From assembly GCA_041649575.1 (NCBI GenBank), contig JBAZMW010000002.1, positions 120,001 through 152,000 on the forward strand: a stretch of 32,000 nucleotides of DNA. Reading direction: 5' to 3'. How positions within the stretch are numbered: position 1 is the stretch's first letter; every line of letters begins with the position of its first letter. This document shows, piece by piece, positions 26,608-32,000 of the stretch. The DNA comes from Patescibacteria group bacterium (GTDB taxonomy: Bacteria; Patescibacteriota; Patescibacteriia; 2-01-FULL-39-33). Below the pieces are notes generated by a model. The model did no database searches and was not told where the DNA came from. It saw only the letters and a list, made by a program, of their open reading frames with translations. The position numbers and the translations under genes are program-made.

Positions 26608-28434
26608 ATGGAAGAAAGCGCTTTCAAAAAATTTTTTTCTCCTGGCCCGCGCGGCAAGCTCCGTTGGGCTATTTTTGGCGTTTTAGTTTTGTTTTTTTTG
26701 GCCTTTTTTATTGACTTCATCGGTTTTAGCAATTATCTTTCTCGGGGCTTGTCTGGTGCGCTGAAAACCGTGCCGGTGATTAGTGATTTGCGGGTTTGGC
26801 CCAAGATCGAACACAGTGCCGTTGATAACAGCAAAAGTTTGAAATTCAAGAGTTTTAAGGAAATAGAACTGGCCAGTTATGGCCTGCCCTTCCGCCTGGG
26901 GTTGGACCTATTGGGCGGAACGCATTTAGTTTATGATGCCGATGTTTCCCAGATTCCCAGCGAAGATCGTCCTAGCTCTCTCTCTGGCGTTAGAGATGTT
27001 ATTGAGCGTCGCGTTAATTCTTTGGGAGTTTCCGAACCTTTGATACAAACCAATCAGTCTGGCGGCAATTACCGAGTGATTGTCGAGCTGGCCGGAGTTT
27101 ACGATGTTAATCAGGCTATTAAAATGATCGGTGAGACCCCGCTCTTGGAATTCAAGGAAGAAAATCCGGCGGCCACCACTCTTACCCTGGAACAACAAAA
27201 GCAACTGGATACGGAAAATAAAGTGATAGAAGACCAGGCGGCCGGTGTTTTGCAGCAGATAAAAAGCGGCGCTGACTTTTCCGCTTTGGCCAAACAATAT
27301 AGCGAAGACCCTGGCAGCAAAGAAAACGGCGGTTTGTACACCGGCGTCAAAAAGGGAGTTTTTGTACCCGAGTTTGACGAAGTGATTTTTAATAAATTGA
27401 AAGTCGGCGAACTTTATCCGGAACTGGTCAAAACACAATTTGGTTTTCATATTATCAAAAAGGAAGCGGAGAGGGGGAGTGGTGACGGCTTGGAAGTCGA
27501 TGTCAGGCATATTCTTTTCAAGACCAAGACTTCCCAGGATTTGGGCATTGTCGTGCAGTCGGAATGGATCAGCACCAAACTGACCGGCCAGCAACTAAAA
27601 AAGGCCAGGGTAGAAATGGATCCCAATTCTGGCGTGCCGCAAGTGGCTCTGGAATTCAACAAAGAAGGAGCCGATCTTTTTGCCGATATCACCAAAAGAA
27701 ACACCGGCAAATTGGTGGCGATTTTTCTTGACGGTTCGCCCATAAGTATTCCCAGGGTGAGCGAGCCGATTCTTTCCGGTCAGGCCGTTATCTCCGGAAA
27801 TTTCACCGTCAAAGACGCGAAGCTCTTGGCTCAACGCCTGAACGCCGGCGCTTTGCCGGTGCCGGTCAAGCTGATTTCTCAAACCACCGTGGGAGCCAGT
27901 CTGGGCAGCGAGTCGGTCCAAAAAAGCTTGGTTGCCGGTATCTGGGGCTTCTTGCTGGTAGCTTTGTTTATGATTTTTTATTATCGGTTACCAGGCGTAC
28001 TTTCCGTAGTGGCTTTGGTCATCTACACCATGATTGCTTTGGCTATCTTTAAAATTTTTCATGTCACCATGACCTTAGCGGGCATTGCCGGTTTTATTTT
28101 GTCTATCGGTATGGCCGTCGATGCCAATATTTTGATTTTTGAAAGATTAAAAGAAGAATTGCGCGCTGGCCGTAACTTGGAATTGGCCATTACCGAAGGC
28201 TTTCATCGCGCCTGGAGCTCTATTCGCGACTCCAATATTTCTTCACTGATAACTTGCGCCATTCTATTCTGGTTTGGCTCCAGCATTATTCGCGGCTTTG
28301 CGGTCACCTTAGCCTTGGGTATCCTTGTCTCCATGTTTTCGGCCATCACTATCACCAGGCAGCTCTTGAAACTGGTTGGCAAGTGGCGGATAAGTAAGTT
28401 TCGTTGGTTTTATAACGCTAAGCCCAGCAAATAA
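26608..28434 (+). CDS. secD: protein translocase subunit SecD with an embedded parvulin-like (PpiC/PrsA-type) domain
   Basis: LGLDLLGGTHLVY, LEFKE, AIFLDG, GALPVP and C-terminal 6-TM SecD motifs. Residues about 186-308 resemble parvulin (IKSGADFSALAKQYSEDPGSK..GG...VPEFDEVIF...TQFGFHIIKK). Confidence 0.92.
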   Translation: MEESAFKKFFSPGPRGKLRWAIFGVLVLFFLAFFIDFIGFSNYLSRGLSGALKTVPVISDLRVWPKIEHSAVDNSKSLKFKSFKEIELASYGLPFRLGLDLLGGTHLVYDADVSQIPSEDRPSSLSGVRDVIERRVNSLGVSEPLIQTNQSGGNYRVIVELAGVYDVNQAIKMIGETPLLEFKEENPAATTLTLEQQKQLDTENKVIEDQAAGVLQQIKSGADFSALAKQYSEDPGSKENGGLYTGVKKGVFVPEFDEVIFNKLKVGELYPELVKTQFGFHIIKKEAERGSGDGLEVDVRHILFKTKTSQDLGIVVQSEWISTKLTGQQLKKARVEMDPNSGVPQVALEFNKEGADLFADITKRNTGKLVAIFLDGSPISIPRVSEPILSGQAVISGNFTVKDAKLLAQRLNAGALPVPVKLISQTTVGASLGSESVQKSLVAGIWGFLLVALFMIFYYRLPGVLSVVALVIYTMIALAIFKIFHVTMTLAGIAGFILSIGMAVDANILIFERLKEELRAGRNLELAITEGFHRAWSSIRDSNISSLITCAILFWFGSSIIRGFAVTLALGILVSMFSAITITRQLLKLVGKWRISKFRWFYNAKPSK

Positions 28435-28438
28435 ATTT

Positions 28439-29362
28439 ATGAAGTTAAAAATAATTCCCAATCGAAAATACTACTACTTTTTTTCCGGCCTACTCTTTGT
28501 GGCCAGTTTGGTTAGTCTTTTCCTTTGGGGCCTAAGACCCGGTTTGGATTTTACCGGCGGCAGTCTCATGGAGCTGTCTTTTGCCACCAGTCGCCCCGGT
28601 TCTCAAGAAGTCTCCGCCGCGCTGGTGCCGTTGAATCTAGGGGATTTGATAGTTCAGCAGGCCGGGGAAAAAGAAATAATGTTGCGTTTTAAGGCCGTTG
28701 ACGAAGCGACGCATCAGGGTATTTTACAAACTATTAGCGATAAATTTGCCGCTGATTCTCCGGAACAAATCAAAGAATTGCAGTTTGAATCCATTGGTCC
28801 GGTTATCGGTAAAGAGTTGCAGCAAAAAGCCTGGTGGCAGATATTTTTGGTTTCTTTGGGCATTATTATTTACATCGCTTTTGCTTTTCGAAAGGTTTCC
28901 AAACCGCTGGCCTCCTGGAAATATGGCGTCTCGGCCATTATCGCCTTGCTTCACGACATTGTTATTGTTGCCGGCTTTTTCTCGGTCTTGGGGCATTTCT
29001 TTAATGTAGAAATCGACGCCTTGTTTATTACGGCTCTTTTAACCATCATGGGTTTTTCCGTTCATGACACCATTGTGGTTTTTGACCGTACCAGAGAAAA
29101 TATCACCCGTCATCATGGCGGCACTTTTGCCGAAGTGGTTAATGATAGCGTCAACCAGACCATTGTTCGCTCCGTCAACACTTCTCTAACGGTGCTATTG
29201 GTGTTGTTGTCGCTTTATATTTTGGGAGGCGCGACTATCAAAAACTTTGTTTTGGCTCTGCTTTTTGGCATTGCCATTGGCACTTATTCCTCTATCTTTG
29301 TCGCCAGTCCGGTAATTGTTGACTGGAATAATTTTGGCAAGAAAACAAAATCAGCCAGATAA
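28439..29362 (+). CDS. secF: protein translocase subunit SecF
   Basis: GLDFTGGS, HDTIVVFDRTREN motifs, 6-TM topology, follows secD. Confidence 0.93.
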   Translation: MKLKIIPNRKYYYFFSGLLFVASLVSLFLWGLRPGLDFTGGSLMELSFATSRPGSQEVSAALVPLNLGDLIVQQAGEKEIMLRFKAVDEATHQGILQTISDKFAADSPEQIKELQFESIGPVIGKELQQKAWWQIFLVSLGIIIYIAFAFRKVSKPLASWKYGVSAIIALLHDIVIVAGFFSVLGHFFNVEIDALFITALLTIMGFSVHDTIVVFDRTRENITRHHGGTFAEVVNDSVNQTIVRSVNTSLTVLLVLLSLYILGGATIKNFVLALLFGIAIGTYSSIFVASPVIVDWNNFGKKTKSAR

Positions 29363-29385
29363 TTATTAATCATTTTAGTCAAGCA

Positions 29386-29414
29386 AGCTCTAAAAAAATA
29401 GAGTTTGTTTTTTT
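29386..29414 (+). terminator. terminator after secF
   Basis: AGCTCTA-A6-TAGAGTT hairpin (includes a G-U pair) followed by TGTTTTTTT. Confidence 0.55.
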
Positions 29415-29415
29415 A

Positions 29416-29444
29416 TTGACAAAAATATTTATTTTTGATATAAT
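29416..29444 (+). promoter_or_regulatory. consensus extended -10 promoter
   Basis: TTGACA (29416-29421), 17-nt spacer ending in TGA, TATAAT (29439-29444). Confidence 0.65.
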
Positions 29445-29509
29445 AAAGTAAATAATAAAAAGTTTATTATTTTTTAGCTAGATTTAGCTGAAATATTTAT
29501 ATTTTTAAT

Positions 29510-30667
29510 ATGTCTATTTTAGATCAAGTTAGAAAAAATCAATTTCAGGACAATTTAGCCGGTTTTAATCCCGTGTCCACTCTTAATACTTTATTTTCCA
29601 GTCTAAGCGACAAAGAAAGAGATGTTGTTAGGCGGCGTTTTGGCTTGGGTACGGATCGCAAATATACCTTGGAAGAAATCGGCAAACAATACGGCATTAC
29701 TCGGGAAAGAGTGCGCCAGATAGAGAGTTTAAGCATCAAAAAATTAAAAGAACTTCAAGAATTGAAAGAAGAAATCGAAAAAGCCGAAAAAGTTGTGGTT
29801 CAGCTGTTGGAGCAGTATGGCGGCGTTATGGAACAAGATTTCTTTTTGGAAAAAGTCCTTAATTATTTAGAGGCCCAAGAAAATATCGAGAATGTCTTGT
29901 TGTTTTTGGCCGAACACATTTTTTCCGACAATGTCTCCAAGGTCCGCCAGGACAAGGAATTCAATAATTTATGGAGAACCGATAGCGCCGATGTCACCTC
30001 GCTGAAGGATATTGTTAATGAGATGGTCCGAGTGATCAGTCAAAACAATCAGCCCGTTCAGCTGCAGAACTTGCTTAACAGTTTCAAAGACTCCGAATTC
30101 TATCAAAAAAACAAAGATAAAATTCTTTCTCGGGCGGTTTTTTTGGAAGCCACCGAAGAGGACGTGGATAAAATTTTAGAGAGTTATCTGCGCGCTAGCC
30201 GCAAAATCAAATCCAATTTGTTTGACGAGTGGGGCTTGGTCTCTTGGGGCACTGTTCAACCCAAGAAGATCAATGATAAAATATATATGGCCCTAAAGAA
30301 AGCCGGCAAGCCTTTGCATTTCACCGAGATTGCCAATTTAATCAACGAAACCAAGTTCGACGATAAAATCGCTTATCCGCCCACCGTTCATAATGAATTG
30401 ATTTTGGATGACAAATATGTTTTGGTCGGCCGCGGTATTTACGCTCTGAAAGAATGGGGCTATAATCCCGGCAATGTGGCCGATGTTTTAGAGGAAGTGT
30501 TAAAGGAAAATGGTCCTTTAACCCGCGACGAAGTTATCGAAAAAGTTTTGGCCAAGCGCCAAGTCAAGAAATCAACCGTCTATTTGTCGCTGATGAACAA
30601 CAGCCAGATCAAGAAAAACGAGCAGGGCAAATACTATTTACTGGACGATACTGCCAAAAGTTTATAA
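29510..30667 (+). CDS. sigma-70 region 4 domain plus C-terminal HARE-HTH domain protein
   Basis: LSDKERDVVRRRFGL...YTLEEIGKQYGITRERVRQIESLSIKKLK (region 4.2 HTH). C-terminal KAGKPLHFTEIANLI...LVGRGIYALKEWGY resembles the RpoE-delta/HARE-HTH fold. No region 2 seen. Confidence 0.75.
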   Translation: MSILDQVRKNQFQDNLAGFNPVSTLNTLFSSLSDKERDVVRRRFGLGTDRKYTLEEIGKQYGITRERVRQIESLSIKKLKELQELKEEIEKAEKVVVQLLEQYGGVMEQDFFLEKVLNYLEAQENIENVLLFLAEHIFSDNVSKVRQDKEFNNLWRTDSADVTSLKDIVNEMVRVISQNNQPVQLQNLLNSFKDSEFYQKNKDKILSRAVFLEATEEDVDKILESYLRASRKIKSNLFDEWGLVSWGTVQPKKINDKIYMALKKAGKPLHFTEIANLINETKFDDKIAYPPTVHNELILDDKYVLVGRGIYALKEWGYNPGNVADVLEEVLKENGPLTRDEVIEKVLAKRQVKKSTVYLSLMNNSQIKKNEQGKYYLLDDTAKSL

Positions 30668-30742
30668 ACTTTAATTGTCAGCTAAAGTTAGCGTTTCAGA
30701 CGCTAATCTAAGATAGTCTAAAACTCAGGAAGGTGACAAGGT

Positions 30743-32000
30743 ATGGGAATTGAACTTAATTTTGATTTGGCTTCAGTTTGGGAAAGTTTCGTAATTTTTG
30801 CTTCCCAGGATCCAATTACCATTGGCATTCAACTGTTTCTTAAAGGTGGTTGGGTGATTTTTTTAATTGTAATACTGACTGTTTTTTACGATGCGTGGCT
30901 AGATGCCCGCCAAGGCCAGTATGCCGGCAAGTGGCAGCATGTTCTCTTGGCTATCGATATTCCCAAAAACAATGAACAAACACCTAAGGCGGTAGAAAAT
31001 CTTTTTGTCGCTTTGGCCGGTACGCAATCCAGCGGCAATTTGATTGATCGTTATTGGCATGGCAAAATACAAGAAAGTTTTTCCTTCGAAATCGTCAGTC
31101 TCGAAGGCTATATCCAATTTTTGGTGCGCACTCCCGTTCATTTCAGGGATCTGGTGGAGGCCGCTGTTTATGCCCAGTATCCGGAAGCGGAAATCACCGA
31201 AGTCGAGGATTACGCCAAGGATTATGCCGGATTGCGTTTTCCCAATGAGCAATATAATTTGTGGGGCACCGAATTGGTTCTGACCAAGGATTACCCCTAT
31301 CCCATCAAAACTTATATTGATTTTGAACACACTTTGACCGGCAATTTTTTGGATCCCATGGCGGGGTTATTGGAGATTTTGAGCCGCTTCGGTCCCGGCG
31401 AGCAGCTCTGGCTGCAGCTGGTGGTGACGCCGTGGAAGCCGGACTGGGGCGAAAAAGCCAAAAAAGCCATCAAGACTCTTAAAGGAGAAAATTATGCTCC
31501 GCCGACCACCATAGCCGACAGGATAGCCAAACCAATCGAGTGGTTGGGCACTCAGGCCTTAAATGTCGCTAATGAATTTGCCGGCGGCGGGGGAGAGGGA
31601 GCCAGCAAAAAAGAGGAAGATCAGTGGAAAATGTTCAAACTTACTCCTGGAGAAAGACTGGTTTTTGAAAAAATTCAGCATAAATTGTCCAAAATTCCTT
31701 TCCGGGTGAAATTTCGCATGATTTATTTGGCCAAAAAAGATGTTTTTGCCAAAGGCCGGGGCGTAGCGGCTGTGATTGGCAATATTCAGCAGTTTAATGT
31801 CTCCGACGCCAATGGCTTCAAACCCGGCCCGAAAACCAAGACGGCGGTCGATTATTTTCGCGTTAAGAAAAGATTGGCGGAAAGGCAAAAAAGGATTTTG
31901 CGTCGTTTTATTGGCCGCAGTAATTTTTATGGCGAACCGGTCAGTAATATGTTTTTGAGTACCGAGGAATTAGCCACCCTTTGGCATTTCCCGGTGATGA
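30743..32000 (+). CDS. membrane-anchored hypothetical protein, 3'-truncated by the window end
   Basis: I translated an open frame from the ATG at 30743 to the window end. It is not in the ORF track because it has no stop. GGAAGGTGA SD-like sequence upstream; one N-terminal TM helix (WVIFLIVILTVF). Confidence 0.7.
   Translation, partial: MGIELNFDLASVWESFVIFASQDPITIGIQLFLKGGWVIFLIVILTVFYDAWLDARQGQYAGKWQHVLLAIDIPKNNEQTPKAVENLFVALAGTQSSGNLIDRYWHGKIQESFSFEIVSLEGYIQFLVRTPVHFRDLVEAAVYAQYPEAEITEVEDYAKDYAGLRFPNEQYNLWGTELVLTKDYPYPIKTYIDFEHTLTGNFLDPMAGLLEILSRFGPGEQLWLQLVVTPWKPDWGEKAKKAIKTLKGENYAPPTTIADRIAKPIEWLGTQALNVANEFAGGGGEGASKKEEDQWKMFKLTPGERLVFEKIQHKLSKIPFRVKFRMIYLAKKDVFAKGRGVAAVIGNIQQFNVSDANGFKPGPKTKTAVDYFRVKKRLAERQKRILRRFIGRSNFYGEPVSNMFLSTEELATLWHFPVM

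Noticed and set aside
26926-27594. 222-aa minus-strand ORF inside secD
   Set aside because: It is long, but it is antisense to a frame with clear SecD and parvulin motifs. It has no start signals and a low-complexity translation.
30899-31888. Minus-strand ORFs 30899-31330 (143 aa) and 31559-31888 (109 aa)
   Set aside because: They are antisense to a continuous plus-strand frame open from 30743 to the window end, which has an SD-like site and a TM helix.

Overview
AT-rich, tightly packed bacterial housekeeping DNA. By inference it comes from a reduced-genome Patescibacteria/CPR-like organism: most genes lack Shine-Dalgarno (SD) sequences, promoters are near-consensus TTGACA-N17-TATAAT, and it encodes a sigma-region-4/HARE-HTH protein. 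Gene order: CIRCE-hrcA-grpE-hsp20-dnaK; a three-gene BcrAD/BadFG ATPase plus dehydratase-like cluster; a DUF3467-like gene and dnaJ; a methyltransferase; tRNA-Glu(CUC); a MacAB-like efflux module (HlyD adaptor, ABC ATPase, two FtsX permeases); a SEDS (RodA/FtsW) gene; a zinc-ribbon ORF; rplY. On the minus strand: rpmE, prfA, a GT2 glycosyltransferase and prmC. Then rpsB-tsf, a PSP1/RicT-like gene, gap, secD-secF, the sigma-r4/HARE-HTH protein and a 3'-truncated membrane protein. The main anomaly is four discrete G+C-rich islands (about 57-60% GC in hand-counted 60-nt lines, against about 40% in one rpsB line), each sitting in an intergenic gap between housekeeping genes. Each has its own promoter-like element and terminator or terminator-like end, and the three coding ones carry strong SD sites. 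They are an 80-codon Cys/His ORF or ncRNA (3936-4334, minus), a roughly 250-nt non-coding structured-RNA candidate (16742-17035, plus), a 549-aa lipoprotein with a parallel beta-helix-like C-terminus (20198-22049, minus) and a 160-aa acidic ORFan (24816-25468, plus). I cannot assign any of them to a known system. Other points worth a second look: a parvulin PPIase-like domain embedded in the SecD periplasmic head, the dehydratase/activase-like cluster splitting dnaK from dnaJ, a short HrcA, and a possible anti-SD hairpin in the hsp20 leader. No CRISPR array, transposase, integrase or recognisable defence gene was seen.
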